A stretch of DNA of 41,252 nucleotides from a virus (lineage: Duplodnaviria; Heunggongvirae; Uroviricota; Caudoviricetes): positions 1 through 41,252 of the IMG/VR virus record IMGVR_UViG_2623620416_000002; one strand, written 5' to 3'. The translations under genes and the position numbers were made by a program. The notes under the pieces are model-generated. The model did no database searches. It saw nothing but the letters and a program-made list of their open reading frames with translations, and had not been told where the DNA came from. This document shows, piece after piece, positions 6,837 through 17,400 of the stretch (the first letter of the stretch is position 1; each line of letters opens with the position of its first letter).

Positions 6837-8572
6837 TGTCACTATACGAAAAATCTAAAGCAAAGAATATAACCGCTGATAAGCAAACTATTAAACAAGT
6901 AGTTCACGGAACAATTGACAAAATGGCTACAATCGTGGGAGCTACACTTGGTCCTGGTGGACGACCAGTTCTTATTGAGCGCGATTCTCTTTCTCCACTG
7001 ATTACTAAAGACGGAGTTACTGTTGCTAAATCACTTGGTGTTGAAAACGCTGAGGCAAATGTTATTATTGATGCTGCAAAAGAAATCTGTTTGAAAACTG
7101 CTAAGGAGGCTGGTGACGGTACTACTACTGCCATCGTGTTAGCAAATGCAATCACTAAAAATGGTCTTAACTTTCTTGATGCGAATCCTAAATACAATCC
7201 TCAACGCATGGTTAACGAACTACAAGACGTATACAGTTCCATCATTATCCCGTTCCTTAAGAACAATGCTATTGCAATTAAAGACAGGGATTCACTTGTC
7301 CACGTTGCAACAATTTCAGCTAATGGTGATAAAGCTATCGCTGAAGCAGCTGTCACTGCTGTTATGGCTGCGGGAGAAGACGGCCACGTTCTAATTGAAG
7401 AAGCACAAGGAAATCAACTTAAAGTTGAAACAATGGATGGATTCATCGTTACTTCTGGTCTTAAAGACATTGGAGCTGCAGGTCGATTATTCTTCAATGA
7501 CCGCGGATTACAACAAACTAAAATGGATCGTGGACTAGTTTTCCTATTTGACGGAACTCTTAATGATTTAAAAGTACCGGCAGCAATTCAACAAGCGATT
7601 GAAGGTACTGAGCTATTTGGTTTACCCGTAGCAGTGTTTGCTCATAATTTTGCGGATACAGTAATTGATGCTTTTGCTAAAACTACTAAAGGCGGATATA
7701 CTGTTGTTCCAGTAAAGACACCTATGTCTGGTGTAGCCAACTCTCGTTCTAGCTTTCTACATGACATGGCAGCTTATACCGGTGCAACTGTTTATGATCC
7801 TGGAACATTAGATACTTTTATTACAACAGACGGTACTGCAGGTTTTGGTGCTTTTGATAGCGCTAAAGTCGGCATGTATGAATCTGTTGTTCAAGCAATC
7901 CCTGACTCTGAAAAAATTGATGCACGCTTAGCTGAGTTGAAACACTTAATGGATGTTAGTCCATCTGATTTTGATAAGATGCATATTAAAGCTGCCATTG
8001 GTAAATTAACTGGCGGTATCTCAACTATCTGGGTTGGCGGTGGATCTGAATTAGAAGCTCGTGAAAAACGAGATCGTGTTGAAGATGCTGTTGAAGCAGT
8101 AAAGAGCGCTATCGCCGAAGGAATCGTTCCAGGCGGTTGTGCTGTTCAGCTTGTTCTTTCTCATATTATTTCAAGTCATCCCAATAAGAAACCTTCTTGG
8201 GATATTATGGCTCAATCTTTAAGTGAACCATTCAATCTTCTCCTTACAAACTGTGGAGAGAATGTTGAAGAAGTATGGCCTGTTATTGGTCAACACGTTA
8301 TTGATAGTGCAACAGGCAACAAATTACCAACCAATGTATTTGACGCTAACCAGCACGTTATCGTTAATGCGCTCGATGTTGGAATCATTGAGCCTGCTAA
8401 AGTTTGTCGGGTAACTATAGGTAATGCTTTATCTGTAGCTTCTTTATTAACCACTCTTGGCGGTATCGTGGTTTCTCCACGCAATGCAGGCTTAGAGCAA
8501 CAACTTGAATTGTCCAAAGGGGCATTCAAAGAAATGATGTCCGCTAGTACCGGACACGTAGGTCAGGAGTAA
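6836..8572 (+). CDS. groEL: GroEL-like phage chaperonin
   Basis: GATLGPGGR, ITKDGVTVAKS, EAGDGTTTA, VEDAVEAVKSAIAEGIVPGG and GIIEP motifs. Confidence 0.95.
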   Translation: MSLYEKSKAKNITADKQTIKQVVHGTIDKMATIVGATLGPGGRPVLIERDSLSPLITKDGVTVAKSLGVENAEANVIIDAAKEICLKTAKEAGDGTTTAIVLANAITKNGLNFLDANPKYNPQRMVNELQDVYSSIIIPFLKNNAIAIKDRDSLVHVATISANGDKAIAEAAVTAVMAAGEDGHVLIEEAQGNQLKVETMDGFIVTSGLKDIGAAGRLFFNDRGLQQTKMDRGLVFLFDGTLNDLKVPAAIQQAIEGTELFGLPVAVFAHNFADTVIDAFAKTTKGGYTVVPVKTPMSGVANSRSSFLHDMAAYTGATVYDPGTLDTFITTDGTAGFGAFDSAKVGMYESVVQAIPDSEKIDARLAELKHLMDVSPSDFDKMHIKAAIGKLTGGISTIWVGGGSELEAREKRDRVEDAVEAVKSAIAEGIVPGGCAVQLVLSHIISSHPNKKPSWDIMAQSLSEPFNLLLTNCGENVEEVWPVIGQHVIDSATGNKLPTNVFDANQHVIVNALDVGIIEPAKVCRVTIGNALSVASLLTTLGGIVVSPRNAGLEQQLELSKGAFKEMMSASTGHVGQE

Positions 8573-8574
8573 AT

Positions 8575-8898
8575 ATGGATTTTGTTAAAAATAAATATGG
8601 AATTGCGTTTTTGTTGATTGCTGCAGTAGCTGCAATACATTACTTTTTCTTTTATGAGCCATGCCAGCAACCAGATGACGTTACAATTGCTATGACTCAA
8701 TTATTTTGTGCTCAAAGTTTAGATGTAGTCACTGTTAGAGCAGAAATATGCAATAAGCTTTATAAAGTAGAAGAATGTGAATTTCAAGAATCTGATAGAA
8801 GTGCAGTTGAAAAATACTTTTTAGATAAAGTTAATGAGTGCGCAAGAGCTCAACTAAAAAACAGCAATCAATGCCTAGATAAATATGAGGATCTATGA
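8575..8898 (+). CDS. Small membrane-anchored Cys-rich protein
   Basis: N-terminal hydrophobic helix; six Cys in the soluble part. Confidence 0.65.
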   Translation: MDFVKNKYGIAFLLIAAVAAIHYFFFYEPCQQPDDVTIAMTQLFCAQSLDVVTVRAEICNKLYKVEECEFQESDRSAVEKYFLDKVNECARAQLKNSNQCLDKYEDL

Positions 8899-9608
8899 TA
8901 GATTTTAAAGGTTTATTTTCAAAAGAATGGGTTCGTCTTGTTGGCGTGCTGTTGATTGGTATCACAATCGGCGTCATCTTTTATCCTTCAAAGCGTATTG
9001 AAGAAAAGCTTACACAGAAGCATCAAGAAGAAATTATCTCTCTTAAAGAAGTTCATTCCAAGGAGCAGAGTCAACTAACCGAGCAATACAATTCTTCTTT
9101 AAAAGAATCTAAACAAATTAAAGAAGAATCTGAGCGCAAGATTTCTAAACTCAGTGATGAGGTTAAAAGCCTTAAGTCTAAGACTAAAGTTAGCACTTAT
9201 AAGCTAGTTAAGCCTGATGGCACAATTGAAGAAAAGACATACTCTGAATCTGAGATAGATGAATCTAGTAGAGTCGTTACTTCTATTCAAGAAGAGTTTA
9301 AACAGAAAGTTGAATCTATTGAAAATCGATATGCTCAAATCCACAGTGAGCGTGTAGTTGCAATTAAAAAAGAATTTGACTCTAAAGAATCTCAATACAA
9401 GAAAACTATTGATGAGCTACAAAAGTCTAAGACGGTTTCAGTTAATGAGAAAAAATTCGGCATAGAGGCTGGAATTACTAATGAGAAAAATTATTATGGA
9501 CATGCTACAATGGATGTATGGGGTCCAACATTCATTGGTGTTCATGGTGAAATTAGCCCTAACAATAACTCTAATAACCTGGGAATTGGTCTTGGTTTGA
9601 GGTTCTAA
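8895..9608 (+). CDS. Membrane-anchored coiled-coil protein with a beta-stranded C-terminus ending in Phe (spanin-like candidate)
   Basis: TM segment VRLVGVLLIGITIGVIFYP, then an E/K coiled coil, then four alternating beta-like segments ending LGIGLGLRF. Confidence 0.6.
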   Translation: MIDFKGLFSKEWVRLVGVLLIGITIGVIFYPSKRIEEKLTQKHQEEIISLKEVHSKEQSQLTEQYNSSLKESKQIKEESERKISKLSDEVKSLKSKTKVSTYKLVKPDGTIEEKTYSESEIDESSRVVTSIQEEFKQKVESIENRYAQIHSERVVAIKKEFDSKESQYKKTIDELQKSKTVSVNEKKFGIEAGITNEKNYYGHATMDVWGPTFIGVHGEISPNNNSNNLGIGLGLRF

Positions 9609-10588
9609 TGATTTTAAATTGGTTAATATTCCTTACTTTTGGACTATTCTTTCAAGGAATAGTCTTCTTCTTTTATCCGGTTGTTTATCTAGCTTGGATG
9701 CTTTTTGTTTATAAACCTGTTGATAAGAAACAGCAACCGCAACACCAATTCAATATAACCCCTGGAATTGGCAAAGCAACTATATATAATGGTGCGCTAT
9801 TAGATAATACAGATGATCACGGTGCATTTTCAATGTATGGTTTTATTCAAAAAGAAGGTTTAGAGCTATTAGTTGAAGATGGATCTTTAATTAGAAAGCG
9901 CAATGCAGATGGTACTCTTAATCGCAGAAGAGTATCAGGTGATGTTGTGGTAGCTTGGTTTTTTGCTAACGAACTAGCTGTTAGCAAAGCTTCCGATGAA
10001 ACTGTAAAAAAGGTTACAGATACTTATATTAAAAACTTAGGAACTTTATCTTATGATGACGTCGCGCAAGGCTATGTATCCGCTCGCTGCTCTAACTTTG
10101 GTGTTAATATTGCTCTTGATTCTGACTTTTTAAAGCTATCTCAACCAGCAGCCGGTCCACAGTATTACACTACTGCAGCAGTTCTTGCTGGGGCTTATAA
10201 CAAAGGTTTTAAATATAAAGCTTTATTTTGGGCTCATTGGATTGTTATGGGAGGTTGGTATTGGGCATTTGCACCTGTTATTTATCCTGACCAAGAATCT
10301 CTATGGTATGTAAGAGATATCACGATGAAAGCTTTATATATTCAACTGCAAACATTTGGTCCTCGTTGGTGGATTACTAAGCCAATGAAGTTTATCAATG
10401 ATAAGATTACAACTCATGAAAATGATTTATTTAATGCGATGATGGGTAAAGAAATTGGCCCTCTTCCAGAAGCAATGAATTCTTTCTTTAGTCAAGAGAG
10501 CCATGCTTCTTCATACGAAAATGATAGAATGAGTGCGTATATTCCAGATGCTATCCGAAAAATTAAACAAGAGACTAAGTACAAGTAA
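9608..10588 (+). CDS. Hypothetical membrane-associated protein, 326 aa
   Basis: Hydrophobic N-terminus and an aromatic-rich segment; TAATG coupling on both sides. Confidence 0.65.
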   Translation: MILNWLIFLTFGLFFQGIVFFFYPVVYLAWMLFVYKPVDKKQQPQHQFNITPGIGKATIYNGALLDNTDDHGAFSMYGFIQKEGLELLVEDGSLIRKRNADGTLNRRRVSGDVVVAWFFANELAVSKASDETVKKVTDTYIKNLGTLSYDDVAQGYVSARCSNFGVNIALDSDFLKLSQPAAGPQYYTTAAVLAGAYNKGFKYKALFWAHWIVMGGWYWAFAPVIYPDQESLWYVRDITMKALYIQLQTFGPRWWITKPMKFINDKITTHENDLFNAMMGKEIGPLPEAMNSFFSQESHASSYENDRMSAYIPDAIRKIKQETKYK

Positions 10589-10935
10589 TGCCAAAATATA
10601 ACTTCTTATGCCCTAAATGTCAAACAAAGACACACAAGTATGTGCCAACAACTGTTGAGCATGTTCCATGTGTTTGCGGTGAACAGATGGATCGTGAGTT
10701 GCCAAATACTAATAGTCCAACTGAAGTTCGTGAAGTAGTTGATCCTTACACTAATCGCAAATGGGGTAAAGATCATGAAGCCGTTTTAAAGAAAAGAAAA
10801 GAAGATCATTATTGGGAAGTAGAAGTTCCTAGACTTGTACAAACATATTCCACTGAGACTTGCATAGAACAAGGTTGGCTTGTTTATAACGACAAAGGTG
10901 AGCTGGTAATCAATAAGCCACCATCCAAGCGTTAA
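10588..10935 (+). CDS. FmdB-like zinc-ribbon protein
   Basis: MPKYNFLCPKC...CVCGEQMDR. Confidence 0.75.
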   Translation: MPKYNFLCPKCQTKTHKYVPTTVEHVPCVCGEQMDRELPNTNSPTEVREVVDPYTNRKWGKDHEAVLKKRKEDHYWEVEVPRLVQTYSTETCIEQGWLVYNDKGELVINKPPSKR

Positions 10936-10942
10936 GTATAAT
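10936..10942 (+). promoter_or_regulatory. -10 box GTATAAT, leaderless geometry
   Basis: TATAAT at 10937-10942, 6 nt before ATG 10949. Confidence 0.7.
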
Positions 10943-10948
10943 TCATGA

Positions 10949-12688
10949 ATGCGCGTATTAGATATAGAAATTCAAGACATTTTATCAGTTCAAAATGCAA
11001 AGATGTCGTTCGAAGACAATGGCCTTGTATTAGTAGAAGGCTGGAACTATGATACTCAAAGAGCGAACGGCGCAGGAAAAACAGCTATTTTCAACTGCCT
11101 TGCATTCGGTCTTTATGATAAGCTTCCTAGAAAAATTACTGCATCAGAAATTCTTAGACGAGGATGTAAAACAGGCTTCGTTAAAACTCGCGTCTTATGT
11201 GGTGAGGATGTCTGGACAGTTCAAAGATCTAGACCAAAAGGCGTTAAATTCTTCAAAAATGATGTTGAACAGAACATTACCCAAGATGAATTTGAATCAT
11301 TTATCCGGCTCAACTACCAACAATTCCTTCTTACAATCTACACGCCACAAGCAAACAGTGGATGGCTTGTCCGATTTCTTAGTTCACCTGATACCTCAAA
11401 GAAAGAATTCCTCCTTCAACTTCTTAATCTCGACCAGTTCAGCGGGGCTAAAAAAGCTGCCGATGAGCTTATCAAGCAAAAGCAAGCCGCGATAGATCTT
11501 GAATCTAATAAGATTACAAATGCTCGTGCCCGTATTGAAACTTATGAAGAGTCGCTGATAGATGAAACAGCCTTAACTAAATCCATCAATGATATGCAAG
11601 ATTCGCTTTTATCTATTGCAGATGAAGAAATCACCCTTGCTCAAGTTCCTAAACCAGATCTATCTAAGTATGTGAAAATTGAAGAGGATATTAGAAATAA
11701 ACAATCTGAAATTGCACAAGCTAAAGCTAAACAGACACTGCTACACGATCGTTATCGTGAACTAAATTCCACTATTACTGAGTATGATGCGGACAATGCT
11801 TGCAATGAGTGTGGAGCTTCTCTTGATACTCCAGAGGCTAGAACTGCTCATGTAGATCATCAAATTAAAGCAAAGCAAAAAGCATTAGATATCAAGAAGC
11901 AGATCGATGACACAGATTTAATCCTTGCTAAAGAGCAAACTGTAACAGATTTAGCTAAAAAGCTCAGAGATAAAAAACAGCAAGAGTCTGCGGATTATCA
12001 GGCTGCTCAATTGCGATTGAGTGAATTGCGTTCTTTTACAAGAACCAAACAGATTCAAATAGATGCTGCGCTTTTAAAACTAAAAAATTCTTCAGAATTA
12101 TCTAATAAGATTAAAGTGTTACAGGATAGCGTTGATATATCATTACAAACTATATCTAGCAATAAACGGGATTTAGAACTTTATAAAACCCTATCTGCTG
12201 TCTATTCACCTACTGGGGCCCAAGCTTATGTGCTTGATTCTGTTGTAGATTCATTTAATGAAGTAATTCAAAAATATATCGATATTATGAGTCCAAATAT
12301 GAGCTACGTCCTTAATTCATTCAAAGAGAATGCTAAAGGGGATGTAGTGGCAAAGTTCTCAGAAACCCTTACTAAGGCTGGCACAGAAGTATCGGTTGGA
12401 TCTTTATCTGGTGGTGAAGAAAAAGGCCTATCATTATGTGTCGACTTTGCACTCCTAGAAGTGCTTGAGACGCAGTTTGGAATGAGCCTTAACCCTATCA
12501 TCCTTGATGAACCATTTGATGGCCTAGATGCCGCAGGACGTGAAATAGTAATCGATTTATTAGAGAATCTAGCTCGCAATCGTCAAATCTTTGTTGTAGA
12601 TCATGCTTCTGAAGCAAAAGCCCTATTCACTAAGGCTGTTAGGGTAGAACTAAGAAACGAGATATCAACGATTAGCACCCAAGCCTGA
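10949..12688 (+). CDS. SbcC/Rad50/gp46-like recombination ATPase
   Basis: Walker A NGAGKT, coiled coils with zinc hook CNECG, signature LSGGE, Walker B IILDEPFD and H-loop VVDH. Confidence 0.93.
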   Translation: MRVLDIEIQDILSVQNAKMSFEDNGLVLVEGWNYDTQRANGAGKTAIFNCLAFGLYDKLPRKITASEILRRGCKTGFVKTRVLCGEDVWTVQRSRPKGVKFFKNDVEQNITQDEFESFIRLNYQQFLLTIYTPQANSGWLVRFLSSPDTSKKEFLLQLLNLDQFSGAKKAADELIKQKQAAIDLESNKITNARARIETYEESLIDETALTKSINDMQDSLLSIADEEITLAQVPKPDLSKYVKIEEDIRNKQSEIAQAKAKQTLLHDRYRELNSTITEYDADNACNECGASLDTPEARTAHVDHQIKAKQKALDIKKQIDDTDLILAKEQTVTDLAKKLRDKKQQESADYQAAQLRLSELRSFTRTKQIQIDAALLKLKNSSELSNKIKVLQDSVDISLQTISSNKRDLELYKTLSAVYSPTGAQAYVLDSVVDSFNEVIQKYIDIMSPNMSYVLNSFKENAKGDVVAKFSETLTKAGTEVSVGSLSGGEEKGLSLCVDFALLEVLETQFGMSLNPIILDEPFDGLDAAGREIVIDLLENLARNRQIFVVDHASEAKALFTKAVRVELRNEISTISTQA

Positions 12689-12694
12689 TAGAAT
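12686..12694 (+). promoter_or_regulatory. Extended -10 TGaTAGAAT, leaderless geometry
   Basis: TAGAAT at 12689-12694, 7 nt before ATG 12702. Confidence 0.65.
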
Positions 12695-12701
12695 CTAAGC
12701 T

Positions 12702-13022
12702 ATGGAAGAACTTGTTAAAAAACTTGAAACTATCAAAGAGCTTATTAAGGCCATTCGCCAAACTAAGCAGCAAACTTCTCTTCCATCAATTCCTCAGATT
12801 CCGGCCCACCAAACCCCTTCAGCCCCTTCGATGACTCCAAAGTCTGCTGGTGCCCCAAAGATAAGCTCAGGCCAAGGTCCAAATTCTAAAAAAGACCCTC
12901 GTAAAGTTGCTCAACAGATCAAAGATGGATCTATGTCTACAAAGACACAAAAGGTTATGTTGAAAGCGGATTCTGTTACTGGTCAATGGTATTTAGAGCC
13001 AACTGACCCTTCTAGTATTTAA
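12702..13022 (+). CDS. Hypothetical P/S/Q-rich protein, possible internal head protein
   Basis: Low-complexity sequence with LIKA and MLKA motifs like those in the head proteins. Confidence 0.65.
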   Translation: MEELVKKLETIKELIKAIRQTKQQTSLPSIPQIPAHQTPSAPSMTPKSAGAPKISSGQGPNSKKDPRKVAQQIKDGSMSTKTQKVMLKADSVTGQWYLEPTDPSSI

Positions 13023-13029
13023 GTATAAT
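13023..13029 (+). promoter_or_regulatory. -10 box GTATAAT, leaderless/short-leader geometry
   Basis: TATAAT at 13024-13029, 8 nt before ATG 13038. Confidence 0.65.
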
Positions 13030-13037
13030 CTCTTTGC

Positions 13038-13646
13038 ATGGCAAAGAAGAAACCACCATTTAATCAAGAAATGGCTATTCGTGGCGCTAACCGAAGGTTA
13101 TTTGCTCGCTCGCCATTTGTGGTGGAAAAATTAGAAGAGTCTCGTCAAGAATTTCCTCGATATAAAAAAGATGGAACATTGGCTAAAAAACCATGGGTAA
13201 AACGTCAATGTGAAGTCTGTAGCGCTTGGGTCGGTAGCACTAAGATAGCTATTGATCACATAGATCCTGTAGTTCCACCAAACGGCTTTCCTGCTAGCTT
13301 TGATATGTGGGATCGAATCACAATGTTCTTAAAAAGATTGTGGTGCGATAAATCTAATTTGCAGCGGATATGTGATGACTGTCATGATAAGAAAACCAAT
13401 GCTGAGCGAATTGAACGCTTAAAGATTAAATACACTCAAGAACTAGATACATTAGAGCAGCAAATACAATTTGCTAAAAAAGATATTAAGCGTCATGGCG
13501 CAGCCTCAGATGGTTATAAAAATTGGATTAAATATATTAATAAGTATCTTGCCAAGAAAAAGACTTCAGGTTTAGAAGAAATTGTAGAAAGAGCCTTGAG
13601 ATTAAAACAAGAAATCTTGGAATTAAAATCCAGTTTCGACAAATAA
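13038..13646 (+). CDS. HNH endonuclease
   Basis: CEVC...IDHIDPV...NLQRICDDCHDKKT (CxxC plus HNH/zinc core). Confidence 0.85.
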   Translation: MAKKKPPFNQEMAIRGANRRLFARSPFVVEKLEESRQEFPRYKKDGTLAKKPWVKRQCEVCSAWVGSTKIAIDHIDPVVPPNGFPASFDMWDRITMFLKRLWCDKSNLQRICDDCHDKKTNAERIERLKIKYTQELDTLEQQIQFAKKDIKRHGAASDGYKNWIKYINKYLAKKKTSGLEEIVERALRLKQEILELKSSFDK

Positions 13647-13656
13647 GGAGAATACA

Positions 13657-13944
13657 ATGGCCGGAAGTAAAGTTTTGAATGAATCGTTTGTAGATAACGC
13701 TGAGAACATTAGTGAAGATGTCGCTGGTGAACTTATCGTGGCTTCTACCCAGAAGATCAAAGAGATTGAAGCTGAGCGTGATGCTGATGAAAAATTAACA
13801 GCAGCCAGACAGATCGTAAAAGACATCTCTAGTGCCTATAGCTCATCTATTAAATATGAAAGAGCTAAAATTAACTTTCTATTAGAAAAGATTGAAGAAA
13901 TCCAAAACGGAGAAGTCAATCCTAGCTCAGGTGCCAACTCCTGA
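13657..13944 (+). CDS. Hypothetical protein, 95 aa
   Basis: AAGGAG SD; helical, acidic. Confidence 0.75.
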   Translation: MAGSKVLNESFVDNAENISEDVAGELIVASTQKIKEIEAERDADEKLTAARQIVKDISSAYSSSIKYERAKINFLLEKIEEIQNGEVNPSSGANS

Positions 13945-13950
13945 TAGAAT
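13942..13950 (+). promoter_or_regulatory. Extended -10 TGaTAGAAT (leadered, GGAGG SD downstream)
   Basis: TAGAAT at 13945-13950; a second TATAAT at 13956-13961. Confidence 0.55.
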
Positions 13951-13972
13951 ATCTCTATAATTTGGAGGTTTT

Positions 13973-14332
13973 ATGAGTTTAAAAACAGATTATTTTGATG
14001 GGGCCACGGGCCTACAGGCTAAATGTAATGACGCTTTTGATGCTGGTGTTACTTTTGTAACTGTAACCAATTTATCGGCTATTAGTTCGGCTTTAATCAG
14101 TTCTGCTGCAGCTGGTAATACAAAATTCACTACTACTCTGATGACAACTTATAATCCTTCAATTCTGCGTGGAAATAAAGGTAATAACTTGATCTTGAAA
14201 GCTTACTTGGCTGGAATTCAGCAAGGCTTGGCCGATCAGGAGATCTATAACTACGAATGTACGCCATCATTAAATGTCTCTGATTCTGTTGACACAAAAA
14301 TTGATTTGAACTTTAATTTCCAAACGACTTAA
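13973..14332 (+). CDS. Hypothetical protein, 119 aa
   Basis: GGAGG SD; followed by a terminator. Confidence 0.75.
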   Translation: MSLKTDYFDGATGLQAKCNDAFDAGVTFVTVTNLSAISSALISSAAAGNTKFTTTLMTTYNPSILRGNKGNNLILKAYLAGIQQGLADQEIYNYECTPSLNVSDSVDTKIDLNFNFQTT

Positions 14333-14354
14333 TAACATCTAGACAAACATATTG

Positions 14355-14389
14355 AAAAACCAGGCCAAAAGCCTGGTTTTTTCTTTTTG
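14355..14389 (+). terminator. Intrinsic terminator
   Basis: AAAAACCAGGC-CAAAA-GCCTGGTTTTTTCTTTTT. Confidence 0.85.
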
Positions 14390-14395
14390 TATAAT
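14389..14395 (+). promoter_or_regulatory. -10 box GTATAAT, leaderless geometry
   Basis: TATAAT at 14390-14395, 6 nt before in-frame ATG 14402. Confidence 0.7.
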
Positions 14396-14401
14396 GCGTC
14401 T

Positions 14402-17400
14402 ATGAAATTTGGACGCAATACCGTAAATTATTTGTGGCTTGATGGTGAGACTACTGGTCTTGATTCTCTTAGAAATGACATCGTACAACTGGCTTGTATT
14501 GCAGTTGTTGGCGGTGTTGAGCAAGCTGTTACATTCAATCAATACTGTCAACCAATCGATTGGAAAGAGATTGACCCTGGAGCTCTAGCAGTTAACGGTC
14601 TCACAATTGATTTTCTAAAAAAGCAACAAACACCTCAAGCAATGGTTAATAACCTAGTCTTGTTTGCTAAACAGTTTAATTGTAAATTCATTATTGCAGG
14701 CTATAACGTAGGTTTTGATAAAGACTTTATTGCTTCTTTATTTAAAAAAGTTGGCAGAGAAGCTGATTTCCTTGCATTGTTTACAGGCGATATTCGCGAC
14801 ACAATGAAGCGAGCAAAGACCCTAAAGTCTCAATTGCCTACGCCTAACATTAAATTAGCCACCCTTGCGGCACATTTTGGTATTCCAATTAATGCTCACG
14901 ATGCTCTTTCTGATATTCAAGCAACAATGAAGGTTGATAAAATACTTTCTGATATGCTTGGTGAAACAGAAGTGTTCGTTGCAGAAGAGCATGATCTTCT
15001 CGACGTCTCATTCCCTGAGCCTGCACAATTACATCTTCATTCTATGTTTTCGCATACAGATTCTTTAAATTCTGTCGCTGAATGGGCTAAATGGTGTGTT
15101 GATAATAAAGTTCCAGGTTTCTCGATTGTAGATCATGGTAATGCGGCTTCTTTATTTGATATGACTCATTTAAAAGAAAAAGTCATAGGAATTCCTGGTT
15201 CCGGTCTTCATGTTAAGCATGGTGATCAAATGTTTTATCTTTCCGCTTGGGCTCAATCAAATCAAGGATACAACAACTTAGTTAAATTGGCATCTATTGG
15301 CTGGGCTAATAGAATCGACATCTCAGACATCGAATTTCCTGTTGTTTCACTAGAAGATGTAATTTCTAAACAAGAAGGAATTGTATTTGGTGTTCCAGGT
15401 ATCAATGGTCCTGTAACTCAAATGATTATGTCTCGTCAATTGACTGAGGCATCTACTCTTATTCAATACTTAAATGATAATCTAGATATTCGTTTAGAAT
15501 TGGCATCTCTTGATGCTTATAAATACTATGATTCTGCTATTGGTTTCCGTTCTTACAATATTGATGGCGGAAACATTCAAAAGCATATCAATATATTTTA
15601 TAATTCAATAGCAAAGCAATTTAATATTAAAGCTATTCCTGTCTCAGATGCTCATTTTATTAGTCAGGAAGATAAGATTGTTCAAGACTGCGTATCTAGA
15701 AACTCATACAAAGATGGTCGTTATTTCTTTGAATCTCGCCACGTAACACGTGCTCAAGAGATGTATTCTGTTTTAAAAGCTCATCTAGGTGACGCTTTAT
15801 CTTATGATGACTTTGAAGTAATGATAAATAATACCTATGACATCATGAATCATGCTGCATCTATTAAGATTAAACATGAGTTCCACTTGCCTAAAATACA
15901 AATACCAGACTCTTTAAGAGTTAAGACTGATGACTATAATATGCAGACATATTATTATATGATGCAAAAGATCAAAGAACATGGTCGTTGGAATAATGAC
16001 CCAGTTTATGTAGATCGTTTTAAGCGCGAAGTTGATGTCATCATGAAGAATGAAACTCTTAACTTTCTTCCATACTTTCTAGTTTATGAAGATATTTGCT
16101 CTTATGCTAGATCGTCTGGTTTACCTCAAGGTATTGCGCGCGGATCTGCCGGTGGATCTCTTCTAAGTTATTATCTTAAAATTATCCATGTTGATCCTGT
16201 GGCACAAAATCTACCTTTTGAGCGTTTCTTAAGTCATGCTCGTATCCGTGCTGGATCATTCCCAGATATCGATCTAGATATTGCACGTCGCGCTAGACCT
16301 TTAGTTATGAAGTATCTTCAAGATAAATATGGTCTTGGATTTGCTCAAATGGCTACATTTTCTAAAATGAAAACTAAAAAAGCCATTAAAGATGCAATGT
16401 ATTCGCTCTATGGTCGTGGTGGTAAAGACCCTGAAATTGTAGCTGTATGTAATGAAATTGATGACTCTCCACAGGGCGTTGATGAATATGATTTCTTATA
16501 TGGTTACACAGATAAAGAGGGTGAAGAGCATAAAGGTGAAGTTGATAAAAAGCCTCTATTAAAAAATTTCTTTGAGCAGCGCCCAGAAGTAAAAGAAATG
16601 GTTGATAAGCTTATTGGCGCTATTGCAGGATGGTCTCGTCATGCTTCAGCGTTTGTTATTTCAACTTTAGATCTTTCTGATGGTCGTGTTCCTACTATGA
16701 TAATGTCTGATAAAGAATTAGGCGAAATCATGGTGACTCAATTTGATGCCCCAATGGTTGAAAAATGCGGAATGGTTAAAGCCGATATCTTAGGAATTAA
16801 CACTCTTAATATGGTTTCTGATGCTCTTGATCTTATTAAAGAAAGACATGGCATTGATTTCCGTGAAGAAGAGAAAGGTGTTCCAGCAATATATCGTCTT
16901 CCTGATCGTGATAAAGGCGTATTTAGCGATTTCTATAAAAGAGATACTGACTCTACATTTCAATTCAACTCTGATGTTATTAAAGGTGCAGCTCAAGAGT
17001 TTGCACCTTTATGTCGAGAAGATCTATCTTTAATGACAGCACTTTATCGTCCAGGTGCAATGGATGCTCAAACAGAATTTGTTCTTGCTGGAAGTAATTC
17101 TAAAAAGCTTGGAAAAGAAGGTCGTCCAGAAACAATGGCAGCTACTAATAAATATGTAGGTATTAGAAATGGAAACATCCATGAGGATTACATCCATGAA
17201 GATCTAAAACCTTATGTTAGCGATACTCTTGGAATTATCGTTTATCAAGAGCAAGTAATGGCAATTCTAGTAGGTCTTTGTGGATATACTTTAGAAGAAA
17301 CAGATATTATTCGTTCTGCGATTGCAAAGAAAAAACATGAAGTAATTATGGCTACGTTTGGTCGTATCCGTGAGGTTACAGCATCTCGTGGCTGGACTCC

